Part shown: in pieces, positions 23,297-35,669 of the stretch
Numbering within the stretch: position 1 is the first letter of the stretch
How the letters are laid out: every line of letters starts with the position of its first letter
NCBI RefSeq assembly: GCF_000143415.4
Contig: NW_003314353.1
Coordinates: forward strand, 276,140 to 340,139
DNA: 64,000 nt
Direction: 5' to 3'
Source of the DNA: Selaginella moellendorffii
Lineage: Eukaryota > Plantae > Lycopodiophyta
The notes under the pieces: model-generated
The model's database searches: none
The model's input: the letters and a program-made list of their open reading frames with translations, nothing else
What the model was told of the DNA's origin: nothing
Program-made: the position numbers and the translations under genes

Positions 23297-25103
23297 TATT
23301 ACGGGTAACTCTCCATGATACTTGACCACTCTAAGTTCCATAGGACTGTGAGACACAAAATCCCTAGGCCCCAAAGTGGAGCCAGAAGGGTGCCACGTGG
23401 TAGTGGCCGAAGCGAAAGCCAAACAAGTGTAACACATTTGGGCCAAAAGCTTCGACTTGAAAGGTCGAGAGCGGGAGTGGAACTCCTAACGAAGTGCTCG
23501 AGGAATGAGCACAAAGCGAGCAATAAGCAAGGCTTCAAAAAGGGACCCAAAAGGACCAACACATGACACGTGGAAGTGTCCGAGATGGACCCGAGATGGA
23601 GTCCGAGATGGAGTCTGAGATGGACCCGAGGTGGAGTCCGAGATGGACCCGAGATGGAGTCTGAGATGGAGTCCGAGGTGGAGTCTGAGATGGAGTCCGA
23701 GGTGGAGTCCAAGATGGGCCCGAGGTGGAGTCCGAGATGGACTCGAGATGGAGTTCGAGATGGAGTCCAAGGTGGAGTCCGAGATGGACCCGAGATGGAG
23801 TCCGAGATGGAGTCCGAGATGGACCCGAGGTGGAGTCCGAGATGGACCCGAGATGGAGTCCGAGATGGACCCGAGATGGAGTCCGAGATGGAGTCCGAGA
23901 TGGACCCGAAATGGAGTCCGAAGTCGAGACCGAGACCGGGACCGAGACCGGGACCAAGACCGAGATCGAGATCGGGACCAAGACCGAGACCAAGGCCGAG
24001 GCCGAGAGCAAGCCCGAGCCCGAGTCCGAGTTTGAGTCCGAATCCGAGTCCGAGTCCGAGTCCGAGTCCGAGTCTGAGTCCGAGTCCGAGTTCGAGTCCG
24101 AGTCTGAGAGGGTGAAAGCCCAAAGCGTTCGTCTCCCAGACCCTGGGGGATTTGGTGAGCTCCAAAAGTATAGTAGGGGGAGGACTGCAGTGGAGCCAGT
24201 TTGGCCAGGAAAGGCCAGTTTGGCCCAGGAAGGCCAAACCCAGTGTTGGGTGATGAGCTGCCCACTGGGAAGTCCAAGACTAGAGTGAACACGGACCGAC
24301 AAGCGGGGTAGCTTGGTGAAGTGTTCAAGAGCCGGCTCTAGTTCCCTCGGGAGATCGACTGGCCGATGCTCCCAGTCCAAGTGTGGGTGGCACTACCTAC
24401 TTGGATACTTGTCGTGGCTCAACGGAACCTCGCTCTAAGCCCATGGCTAGAGCACCTAAAGGCGAAAGGCGGGGAGAGTACCTAGGTGGCTCGTGTAAGG
24501 CCATGGTGTTCCGAAATGTTGTCCCAAAGGCCCAGACTGTGGAAAGGAAGAGGGGTAGCCCTCTGGTGTGGTGACCAAGGACACAGTCACACAGTGAGGA
24601 AGTCCTAGAGGATAGTGGGACTTAGTGGTCAGGCTGGTGGGCCTTGATCCAGTGGCAGTGTTGGCGAACACAGCCAAGGACAGAAAGGGACTTGGTGGGG
24701 ACCGGAACAGAGATATTGGGGAAGGCTATTCCCCAGGTCTGTAGGCATCCTAAGGATGTTAAGGAGTGGATCTGGGATGATCACTCATGGATGGATGACC
24801 CAGTCTTTGAGAGATGGGATTGGAATGTAGGTGGTGTTGGACCACCAGTGTGACCAAGGTAGATGGGCATGGCCTTAGTGCAACGGGCCGATACGTCGGT
24901 GGTACCTTAGGCTGTCGATCACGGGATCGGACATGTGGAGCACTTGGACCAAGTGCTAAGGTTGAGTGGCATGGATGCCATTCTCGGAGCTAGGAAGCCC
25001 CAAGTCCTGAGTTGGACTTATGGAGGTTGTGAATGAGACTCCTCCAAGTGGTCGGAGGTGTGGTTAAGTGACTAAAGTAGAATGGAAAAATTAATCGCTT
25101 ACA
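23297..25103. mobile_element. GC-rich ~1.8-kb insertion (probable solo LTR) interrupting the integrase
   Basis: The integrase reading stops at ~25104 (…IEGP) and resumes at ~23296 (KAFMAERLNIW); one end is TACA; no clean TSD found. Confidence 0.55.
23578..24108 (+). repeat. Compound minisatellite: 11/12-mer GAGTCCGAGATG/GACCCGAGATG array, then hexamer CCGAGA/CCGAGT array
   Basis: Directly visible periodicity; switch to hexamers near 23925. Confidence 0.95.
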
Positions 25104-28100
25104 AGGACCTTCAATAGCTCACTCATTGATGACTTCCCATAAACTCACCCTAATACTCAAATGTGGTGAGTTGTTATAGCACATTTTTGTAAATCCCAAA
25201 TGACTTACCCAATTAGTTTGGTCTCCAGAAACATAGCATCGTAAATAATTCTCTGGCTGCCTATTCACCCTTTCTGTTTATCCATTTGTCAAGAAGTGTC
25301 ATTGCTTTCAAACTCAACTCAATACCCAATATATATTTATGGGTGATAGGTTATGCTAAATTTCAACTTGGTGCAATATTGTTTTAGGAGGGTTTTCCAG
25401 AACATACTGGTGAAGATCTTATCTCGATCTAAGATAATTTCTTCTAGCCTTCCCCACACTCGAACCACTTGTTTGAAGAACAACTTTGCCACACCTTCCC
25501 CATCCATTTTTATTGTGATAGGTGTTAAATGTGTCATCTTTGAAAACCGATCCACCACTACTAATATCACATCACACCCCTCACTTGGGGGGTGTTCTGT
25601 GATGAAGTCCATTGTAAGACATTTCCATGAATGATTTGGAATTGGGTGGCTTTGTAATAAACCCCTACTAACTTTAATCACAGTTTTGACCTGTTGACAT
25701 ATTGGACATGTTTTTACATAGTTTTGAATGTTTTTAGCCACGTTTGGCCAGTGATACTTTCTTTTGAGTAAGCCCATCATTTTGGGCACTTCACCATGTC
25801 CCACAAGAGGTCTATCATGACACTCTTTGAAAACTACCTTCCTTAGTTCCCCTTGTGGAATATACAGCTTTATCTATTTATAATAGATGAGTTCATTGCA
25901 TTTCACATAACCTATTTCCTTTTCCGTTGGTAGCTCACCTCTTTGGTGAGCATCCCACACTTCTTGGTTCTTTAGCAACACTTTTTGTGTTAGACCATCA
26001 TTCTCATACACTATTCACACATCATCCTAAAAGGTTGCTGTCATGTTGATATCTCGCAATTGAACTTGGCCAAAACATTGGCCCACTGACCCTATTTTCC
26101 TCATAGGTCGGGCTATAACAAAAAGTGTTTCATTGCCATGTTATCCATGTAAACTTTGAAATGCCTCCCAACGTAGTGTTGCCACTCCTTGAGCACCTTG
26201 ACCACCGCAAACAGTTTCTTCTCGTGAGCAGGCCACTTTCACTAAGCTTTGTCCAACTTCTTCGAGAAAAATGCCACTAGATAGTTGTTTTGCTTCAAAA
26301 CTGTGTCTAATACAAAGTCTAAAATGTCTATTTCTACCTCAAAATCTTTACCAAAGTCTGGTAACACCAATATGGGAGCCATCCTTAACTTCCCTTTAAG
26401 GTGAACAAATGTTGCCTCGCATTCCACTGTCCATACCATCTTCCTTTTTCTTATTTAGTCCATTAAAGGTAGGGCTACTCTTGAATAATGTTTGATAAAT
26501 TTTTAATAGTAATTGTATATCCCCAAAAACGCCCTTAACTCGTGTATATTCAATAGTCGTTTCCATTCCTGGATCGCTTAGACCTTTTGAGGGTCCAATT
26601 TGAGCCCATCCTTACCCACCACATGCCTGAGAAACTTTACCTTTTATTGAGCAAAGTCATATTTATTCACTTTAGTATATAGCTTGTGTTTCCTTAGTTT
26701 CTCAAACACATTTGTCAAATGTTCGACATGCTCCTATAGTGTCTTATTATAGATCAAGATGTGGTCAATGTAGATGACTACGAAATGATCTAGATAGGGT
26801 ACAAAGATGCACTAAGAATATTATTGGCATATTGCACAGCCTAAAGGGCATCATTAAAAACTTAAAACTTCTATACCTTGTCTGACAAGTTTTTTTTTAA
26901 CATCTTCCTATGTTACTCTAATTTGGTAGTATCCAAACTTTAGATCAATTCTCAAGAAGTATTTTGCCTTTCCTAACCTATTGAATAAGGCCTCAATCTT
27001 TGATAAAGGATATTTGTTCTTCTTTGTATATTTATTGAGCAACTGATAATCTATATATATGCATATAAAGCCATCTTTCTTTTCCACAAATAACATTAGT
27101 GCCTCATACAGCATTTTGCTTAACCTAACATGCACTTTATCCATCAACTCATCAAGTTGACACTTGAGCTCCTCGAGTTCTTTTTCAAAAAATTTAATTT
27201 TTTATTTCCAGTAATAATTTTGTGGTGTGAAACTTCATGAATTTTTATATTCAAATTTTAGCCATTAAATCCCCACATAATTTCGAATATGCAACCTCTA
27301 GATTAAGGAGCTTATTCATTAAATATCTGTGCTTCACTAGAAAAGGTAGAAAAAATATTTGGTAAGAAATAATTTATAAAAATTTTAATATACTTCAAGC
27401 ACATACACATTCTCAATTATTTGAAAAACAAATCTTAAAGTATTTAGTGGAGAATTTAACTACACAATCACCTACTGAATCACCAACTCCATTGCACCAA
27501 CAATAGAATGGGAGGAAGTTTTCTAGGAATTGGTGTGGTGATCAAGAGGAGCTAGACTTGGATTGGCAATTTGCAAGTAGCACCTCCCCTATGAGTTTCA
27601 GTGGCTTGTAGAACTTGTTGTGATTGCCAAAACAAAGAAATGAAGAAAGTTCTGAAATAGGATGTGCATCTAGTATGGTGAAGAAAAGTATAAGTAGGAT
27701 TTTGAATGTCATCTAGCTAATAAATTTTTTTATACAGGTCACTTATAATTATATACTTTCCACATGGCAATCAACTTGGTTGGTCCGAAATAAAAAACTA
27801 AAATATTAGTCTTTGACAAGTAGTATTTATATTTCCTATGCAAAAGTGTTGCATGAAAAATAGACAAATATAAAAATAGAAATACAAAATAGATAAGTGG
27901 TTTTAACTGCTGAAAATTTTACCCTTAATTAGAATTTGTACTAAAGCTAAAATATTAATATACTAAATGCCTATTTAGGTTAAAGGTTTTAGCATGACAA
28001 TTGTTAACTAACTTTAAACTTAAAGCTTAAATTTGTATCTTAGGAAATACTACTAGAGAAATCTCAATGGAGGCCTTTCTTTCTCAGAAGCTCATCTCGG

Positions 28101-28996
28101 AGATTTCTGGACGAGGCAGTCCCGTGCGTGGGCATCGCAAGAAAAAGAGGAGGCGATCCAAGAGGCCTTCATCAGATCATTGTATCTCAAGATGGTGCTG
28201 CTGCCGCTCCTACAGGAATTTGGGAGGGATGATCTGCCACGGCTACGTCCAGATGATGCAGGGCCTTCTCAATGTCAAGGGGAATTTGGGATTTCTCGTC
28301 ATGGGCCAGCATCACGCCGCGTCGCTCAGCAATGTTCTCGTTCTTCCGCTGCGATGCCCCGATGCAATTCCGCCCAGGGCGATATCGAAGAAATCCTAGA
28401 TCGATCGCGTTTAAATCTCCTTTCGCTCGCGTGAATCGATGGGAAAGATGCGTGTTCTTTGGATGTTTTGGTTTGGAAATTGAGAAACTATGTCTTCTCC
28501 GTCCATTCGCTGTTTTCATTGATCCCTCGATCGAGGAGGCAAATCTTTCGCTTCCAAATCCGATCATCAATCGATTAGCATGCGTTGTAGATCGATCACG
28601 CACTACAACGCTGACCCGATCTTTCCTTTCACTGTTCATATTATTAAGACATTCCTTCAGATCGATCCAATAGCCTGCCTGCATTGATGATCCAATCCAA
28701 AGATCCACACACTGTAGGGTCGGTGCTGTGACCTGGTAGCAAGATGATGACGAAATTGGAGTAGAATTGCCGTGATTTTGACGCGGTCTTGGGAAGAACA
28801 CATGATTTCTTCCACTCGCTGGAATCGAGCCCGTCATGCGTGAGATTGAAACTTTGCTGACTCGGATTCCCGCGTCCAGGTGTGTGCCACGTCTTACACG
28901 TATCTTAGTAATCTAATACGATTCGAGCCCTAGACTCGCGCGAGGTGAGAAAGCCCTAGTGCCCGGGAGGAGGAGCTGCGCGCCGGGTGTGCGATC

Positions 28997-29748
28997 ATGG
29001 TAAGCGCTAGCGTGGATTTGTTGAGCTGCATTTCTAGCATGTAGCAAGAGATTAGGACTGGTCTTGGCAGATTTCTTGCGGTTTCTTGCGTTTTGGCAGG
29101 ATTTCTTGTGATTTCTTGTGTGAATGGGGAGTTTCTTAGGATGCGTGGAAGATAGGTTTTCATGACAGATATTTGGTCGTTCCACGTTATTTTTTCTGCG
29201 AAGTCGTGCCACATTCTAGTGTGATCTCTAAGAATTCTTTTTCTTTATAGGACGGAGCGAAGAAAGAACCTTATGACACTGGGGATGCTGCGCAAAGCAC
29301 TGCAGATCTGACCGCCTTTGTAAGCTTGATTTTTTCCTTGTTCTTTTGTTTTTCCTTCTTTCACTCTTTCATTCTTTTTCTCTTTTACTCTTTCCTCTTT
29401 CACTTGTTTTTCAGGTGCAGAATCTTCTTCAGCAGATGGTAAGCCGATCTTCGCATTTTTTACTTGAAACCAACTACTAGTTTTCTGTGATATAGCAAGC
29501 AAGGTTCCAGACGATGTCCGATTCGATCATCACAAAAAATATCCTACTTTCGACGCTATTGTTTTCTTCATTGTTTCTCTCTCGCAGCATTGATCCTCCT
29601 TAACGACTGAATACTCGACGAGATGGGAAATCGCATTGACGACCTGGAGAAAAGTATAGGCGAGCTCGTCAAGGAGGTGGGAGCTGACACTCCCGCCTCA
29701 GGCAGCTCCAAGCCCAAGGCTCTACAGAGCGAGGCCTCGGAGCAATAG
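28997..29748 (+). CDS. HSBP: Heat shock factor-binding protein; exons 28997-28999, 29251-29319, 29415-29438, 29496-29538, 29615-29748
   Basis: Spliced [64 protein letters not shown]...; last intron is AT-AC. Not in the supplied ORF track. Confidence 0.92.
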
Positions 29749-30758
29749 AGTTTCTGGTATTCTTTTTGTAAATGGCTACACGGCTGGCCAGTACCTACTT
29801 TGTTCTTAAGGTAAACGCATTTCGTGTGAAGTTCCTATGCCTCGTTGCGTTTGCCTTCCTTCTAACGCACACAGGCCTGCGAGTTTTTTTTACCGTCGGC
29901 CGTGTGTTCTTTGTTCCGGGTTCTGGTGCACCAAGATGGCCGACCATGGACTCGAAAAAGAATAGCAAGAAAGAAGAAAAGTGGCTTAAGATACGATTCC
30001 CCGAGCTGGTTTCGTTCTGCATACGTGACCGACCGAAACGTTTACCAGATTGATGAGGAGAATCATATTCTTTCCTGGCAAGGATTTAGACGAAGTGCCG
30101 CTGGTTCCTGCCGCTTCCAACAGAAAGTTCGTGATTTAACGGGGGACAAGGATGAAAACTCAAGCTCTCCAGTTTCTCTAGGCCAGTCTGAGAACTAGAA
30201 GTTACGGCTCCTTAGAGCAAACTCGAGGCCACTTGGTGCGACGATTTACGCAGTAATTTACGCAGTCCGAGATGAGACAGTGACACAGGCTGAGATTCTA
30301 AGGGACAGTGACGCTGCAGGATTAGCAGTCCGGGTATCTCTGCTAAAAGCTTTCCTTTTACCGGTTGGCTTAAGTTTGGCAGCACGACAATACTGTTCTT
30401 GGTGGCTGAAAGGGTGGTGTGAACATAAATGGCTGGCACAAGGAAGCGGCTACTGGGCTTTGAATGCACCAGGAACGTTGAGGAAGAGAAAAGGGATACA
30501 AATAACAAATGTGAGGGAGAGATTTAGACTGCAAGCACAAGCAAAGTGTGAGGGGGAGATGTGGGATGCACACTAGTCCAAGGCTGCTGCAAAGCAAAAA
30601 CCAAAAGAGGGGAGCACTCTGAGCAGTGGCACGGAAAAATGGAAGTCGGGATTACTTGGTTGCTTAGCTCGAGAAAAGCAGGGCCGGGTTTCTTGTCATG
30701 AGCAGCTTTTTTTTTCCCCCCTCGGCCAACTTTTGAAGAGGCTCTTTTCGACTTGAAA

Positions 30759-32374
30759 ATGGCGGCTTTCTTCTACTTCGTCGTTGTCGTCGTCGGCGTT
30801 GCTTGCTTCTTCCAGGCATCGGTGGTGGTTTCCGACGATCGATTCTGTGGCCAAGGCGGCGATCAAGTCAGTTATGTGCGTGCTCGAGGCTCGGAGTTCG
30901 TGCTTGATGATCGTCCGTTGTTTATCAACGGCTTCAACGCCTACTGGGTAACGTATTACTCGTTCGAGCTCGTCACACGGCCCCACGTTAGTAGCTTGTT
31001 TCGCGACGCATCGGCGCTGGGTCTCAACGTTGCGCGAGTCTGGGCCTTCAATGACGGTGGCTATCACGCTCTCCAGGCCACTCCTGGCGCCTACAATGAG
31101 GAAGCTTTCCAGGTACTAAAACTTGAGAGAAGAACTTTTCTTGTTTCTTCTTGTGAGTTTCTGATTGTTCTACATTCGCAGGGACTTGACTTTGTCATTG
31201 CGGAGGCACAAAGCTATGGTCTGATGCTGATACTCAGCTTGAGCAACAACTACAACTCCTATGGAGGAAAGCCGCAGTATGCGCAATGGGCTCGGGAGGC
31301 CGGTCACAGCGTGGAATCGGAGGACGATTTCTTCAAACATTCTGTCATCAAAGGCTACTACAAGGATTATGTGAAGGTGAGAATTCGGTTTCGCTCTTTC
31401 CCTCTTTTTTTAAAACTTTAGCGTGCAACGGGAATCTCGTTTCTCCTCTTGTCGTGTTCTTTTCGTGAGCATTTTTCTGACCAAAGTTCTGTTTTTTTTT
31501 TGTTTTCGTTTTTCCAGGCCGTGCTTACAAGAGTGAATACCATCACTGGAGTCGCGTACCGAGATGATCCGACGATTTTTGCCTGGGAGCTGATTAATGA
31601 ACCGAGATGTAGCTCCGATCCCTCTGGTGACACCCTCCAGGTTAGCATTCATTCATTTTTCTATCAAGTTTTTCATTCGGTCGCTTCGTTTCTCCAATTC
31701 ATGAACTTGTTCCTATCCAGGCTTGGATCGAGGAGATGTCGGCATTTGTAAAATCTCTCGACAGCAACCATATGCTCGAGGTTGGTCTCGAAGGCTTCTA
31801 CTGCTCCTCGGATCTACAGAGAGCGGGTCTCGGCAGCTGGTCGAGTGATCTCGGCACCGATTTCATTCGCAACAATGCGATTCCAAGCATTGACTTTGCG
31901 ACCGTGCACAGCTATCCCGACTTGTGGTAAGCAAATTCTTTCTGCAAAATCCATTTTTTTCGTTAAAACTAAGCGTGTTCAAGCTTCTAAAGCTTCTTTC
32001 TTCTTCTCAGGCTCCCAGACGAGGACTTCGAGGTCCAGCTCTCGTTCCTCGTCCAGTGGATACAGAACCACATCGAGGACGCGGCCGTGAGGCTGAACAA
32101 GCCCGTGCTCTTCGCGGAATTCGGCAAATCAAACCGGACTCGCGGGTTCGTGGTAGAACAGAGGGACAGGTTCTTCGCGGCCACGTACGAGACGATCTTC
32201 TCGTCGTTTCCGGCCGCTGCCGCGGGTGGACTGCTGTGGCAGCTGGTCACGGAGGAGATTGGAGACGCCATCGACGACGGCTACCAAATCGTCCCCAGCA
32301 GGAATCCCAGCACAGTGACTGTCATCTCCACGCAGTCGCAGAGAGTTTCCATCATGAACTCGAGGCGCTCGTGA
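30759..32374 (+). CDS. Mannan endo-1,4-beta-mannosidase (GH5), multi-exon, secreted
   Basis: [52 protein letters not shown] and GGLLWQL. Confidence 0.93.
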
Positions 32375-32972
32375 GTTTTAGAAGTTCGTTCTTTTTTGGC
32401 ATTGCAGGGAAGCACTGAAGTACCGCAGCTTTATAAAAGAGGAAGATAGGAGAGATTTTTAGTCAAGAGTGTCGCGTTCGTGCCACATCAGCACCACGTC
32501 AGAGCCACGTTTAGGCTGACGGGGCCCAATCTAGATGACGTGTAAAGCATTCCTTGCTAATAAAAGTAAAGGGGGTAAAGAAAGAAGCTATAATGTTTTT
32601 AGTTAGGTGCTAGGGAAGAACAAGGCAGTGGGTGCGCCATTGCGATCCTTCGCGTAGAGCGCGCATGGCGCTAGCAGCTTTCTAGGGTTCATCCAGATCG
32701 ATTGCATTGCGGTCGGGAAAATGCTGGATCTGTGACCCCAGATCCGTCGTGTCGGGCGCTTGCCGGTGCGGGATCTCTTGGATTTCTGTGAGTGTTCCGC
32801 GGTTTTGCTTGCTTCTTTTGTGGGGAATTGATTGATTTCTGGCAGGCAGAGATCCGGTGGAGAAATGTCCGTTGCGGACGAGCATTGCTAGCTGTCGCCA
32901 CAAGCAAGGTATCGTTTTTTTTTATAGAGAAGAAAGATCTGGAGTGAGAGATTTTTATCCAGGATCGCGACC

Positions 32973-35000
32973 ATGCAGCGCCAATTGGTTTGCTTGTTGG
33001 TGGTGGGAATTGCCGGGTTTATCGTCGCTAGCGTGGAGAATTTACAGGATGTTGGATTTGATGATCAGCTTTCACGCCTCGGCGAGCTTGAGCAGGGCAA
33101 TGGATTGCGGAAATTGCTGCAAGAGAAGCCGAAAGCCAAGACAAAGTCCGGAGGCAAAGCTGGTGATGGGCTTCCAGCAAAAGCTAAAGGAAGCGGTGCT
33201 GGGGAGAAGAAATCCAAGGCAGGAAGCGGTGATGGAAATCACGTCGAGGAAAAGAAAGTCCCCGCGGTTAATGACGCGATTCAGGGTGGAAAGTTGGAGG
33301 GGTCTGAGCTAAAACCAGCTGCGAAGAAGCCAGGGAAAACGAAAAAGAAAATTCTGGAGGACGAGGACGATGAAGATATCCGGTTTATGGAAGAGGAGAA
33401 GCTCCAGAGCGTTGTGAAACAAGGTGGCAAGAAAGAACAAGGTGCTAAAGTGGATGGTGGCGAAGATGTGAAAGAAGATGGCCAAGGCGAAGTTTTCAAA
33501 GTGGAGGACGAAGAACGGACTGACGCCAAGCCGGACAGCACAGTGTCTTCGAAGACGAAGGTGAAAAAGGGGAAGTCCAAGAAAGCTGGAGCGAAGAAGG
33601 CAAACGTAGACGTTGTTTTGGGCGACTCCGAGAATGTTGCCGGGGACGAGAAAGTAAGTGTAGCAGTTGAAGACGACGACGTCGCTGAACAGAAGAGCGT
33701 CGAGGAAGAGAAGAAGGAAACAAAGCGGAAGAAAAGCAACAAGAAGGCACCTGAGGTCGATGACACGGAGGAAACTTCCGACAGTGCGGATGCGGATCAG
33801 AAGAAAGGAGTGGAAGTCGAAGTCATTCCTGACGAATTGGACGACGTCAAGGTACTGGAGGAGGAAATCCCGAAGAAGGAAGTAAAGAAGGAAATCCCGA
33901 AGAAAACCGAGAAGAAGGATCAAGTCCTTGCTGAGAAACAGGAGGAGGAGCAGAACAGCAAGCCTCCTACGAAGATCAGCAAGAAAGAAAAGGAGATGCC
34001 AAAGACCAAGCCAAAGACCACCAAGGAAAAGCCAAAGCTAGACAAGTCCAGTCCCACGAAGGCAAAGAAGAATAGCGGCGAGTCCACGAAGAAGAGCACA
34101 GAAGTGAAGAAGAAGGAGGAAGTGACGAAGGACGAGAAGCTGGAAGTGCCAAAGACAACGACGACGACGACGACGACGGTAGTAAACTTTCCAGAGGAAG
34201 ACTTGCACACCGACGCTTTCGACTTCCAGGACGAGTTGCCGGACGAGGAGGACATCGACTTGCTCTCGCAAATCTCCGACCTCCCGACGAAGATCCAGCA
34301 GACTGCAGGCAACGTCGCGGACACTCTCCGCCCCAGCTTGTCCAAGCTCTCCGAGACGTCCAAGACGTACTTCTCCCAGGCCAACCAGCAGATGACCGAG
34401 AGCTTCACTCCGATCATGGGCCACCAAGCGGCACCGGTGGTGGCCTCCCTCATCTCCTACGCGTTCTTACTCGCTCCTCTCATCGTGGTGATCTACATGC
34501 TCGAGCGCATCCGTGCCACTCTCTCGCTCGCCAAAGTTCTCTTCTTCGTCAACCTCTACCTGGGAGCCTACTTCCTCACGCTGGTGCTCGCGACTTTCGC
34601 CCTCCAGAGCGAGCCCATGGCCTTCTTCTTCCGGCACTCGCGCTCTAGCTGCGTCTTCCTCCAGCTCCTCCAGGCGCTCGGCTACATGCTCTACCTCTTG
34701 CTCTACACCGTGGCGATCATGAAGTCCTTCTCCTACGGCGGGGTCTTGGAGAGGATGACCACGGTGTTCCAGTGGGTGATCGTGGCGCTGTTCGGCCTCC
34801 ATTACTACGTGACCGTGTTCCATCGAGCCATGGCCATGAAGGTCCCTCGGACGACTTGGAAGGTCTATCTGGTATACACGGCAGCGTTTTCGGTGCTGGC
34901 TCTCTTTGCCAGAGCCAAGATCGAGCCGATCAAGAAGGAGTACTACTACACGCCGGTAGACGATTCCGAGGAGGCTAGTCCCATTGACAAGAGGAGCTAA
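32973..35000 (+). CDS. Uncharacterised membrane protein: signal peptide, long K/E-rich disordered region, ~5 C-terminal TM helices
   Basis: Single 675-aa ORF with coding-like composition; GLHYYVTVFHRAM segment. Confidence 0.8.
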   Translation: MQRQLVCLLVVGIAGFIVASVENLQDVGFDDQLSRLGELEQGNGLRKLLQEKPKAKTKSGGKAGDGLPAKAKGSGAGEKKSKAGSGDGNHVEEKKVPAVNDAIQGGKLEGSELKPAAKKPGKTKKKILEDEDDEDIRFMEEEKLQSVVKQGGKKEQGAKVDGGEDVKEDGQGEVFKVEDEERTDAKPDSTVSSKTKVKKGKSKKAGAKKANVDVVLGDSENVAGDEKVSVAVEDDDVAEQKSVEEEKKETKRKKSNKKAPEVDDTEETSDSADADQKKGVEVEVIPDELDDVKVLEEEIPKKEVKKEIPKKTEKKDQVLAEKQEEEQNSKPPTKISKKEKEMPKTKPKTTKEKPKLDKSSPTKAKKNSGESTKKSTEVKKKEEVTKDEKLEVPKTTTTTTTTVVNFPEEDLHTDAFDFQDELPDEEDIDLLSQISDLPTKIQQTAGNVADTLRPSLSKLSETSKTYFSQANQQMTESFTPIMGHQAAPVVASLISYAFLLAPLIVVIYMLERIRATLSLAKVLFFVNLYLGAYFLTLVLATFALQSEPMAFFFRHSRSSCVFLQLLQALGYMLYLLLYTVAIMKSFSYGGVLERMTTVFQWVIVALFGLHYYVTVFHRAMAMKVPRTTWKVYLVYTAAFSVLALFARAKIEPIKKEYYYTPVDDSEEASPIDKRS

Positions 35001-35669
35001 GCAAGCGAAAGAGGTAAAAAACCATCTTTTCTCAAGACAATGGGTGGACTAAACTTTGTTATCTCTTTGTCTTTGCAGTTTTAGATGAATAAGAAGAGAT
35101 AAGAGATGCGTAACGTAATGTTAATACACGAGAATTTGAAGTGAAGCTCCCCCACTCCATCAGTGATAAGTTTTGCGTGTTTGCATTTTCTAGCTGCCAG
35201 GTTATTTATCTATCAGATGGAACTTAACTTTGCTTTGACTCTAGCAGAGATCGTGCTTTGCGGATCAATCTAAATGGCTTTCCGGGATTTGCAGTGAGAG
35301 CTCTCTCGCAAGCGTGTCTGTCCAGCTCCTTGGGAAAGGCGAGAGAGACTTAACGAGAGAAGCAAAGCTGGCCAAACCGAAAGGGACTGCTTAAAGTCTC
35401 ACTGGCCGGTGGACGAGGAGCCACAAGTTGCTGCAAACTAGAGGACGGACACTAATAGCAAACTTCCAAACAAGCCATTCAATCGCAAAACAAAGACGTG
35501 AAAACGAAACGAAACAAAGAAGAAAACACTCTCAAAGTTTAGACAAAGAGAACAACGTTATCATACAAATCCTTGACTACTGTCAATCCATCCAAACTTC
35601 CAAAAGCCTGCTATGCATGCCTCGAGGAGTGATTGCTCTGAAAGACGAATCCCCGGATGGATGAATCGA

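Larger units (their letters stand above)
21850..27190 (-). mobile_element. Decayed Ty3/Gypsy chromovirus pol (RT-RNaseH-IN-chromodomain) with nested insertions
   Basis: RT (IDLKFGYYQIR, ~26900-27150), RNase H (APILVLPDFGKDF, VAFFSKKL), integrase HHCC and MDFIT/VVVDRFSK (25337-25830), TERVNR (~25260), GPY/F-like region (~23020) and chromodomain VKWKGFP..AT*E..ENL (~21870-21930); many stops. Confidence 0.9.

Noticed and set aside
23299-24380. Six long overlapping ORFs (SD, SR, GL repeats)
   Set aside because: Artefacts of a stop-free tandem repeat; not a CRISPR either, as there are no unique spacers.
28067-28837. ORFs of 84-216 aa on both strands
   Set aside because: No recognisable motifs or consistent gene structure.
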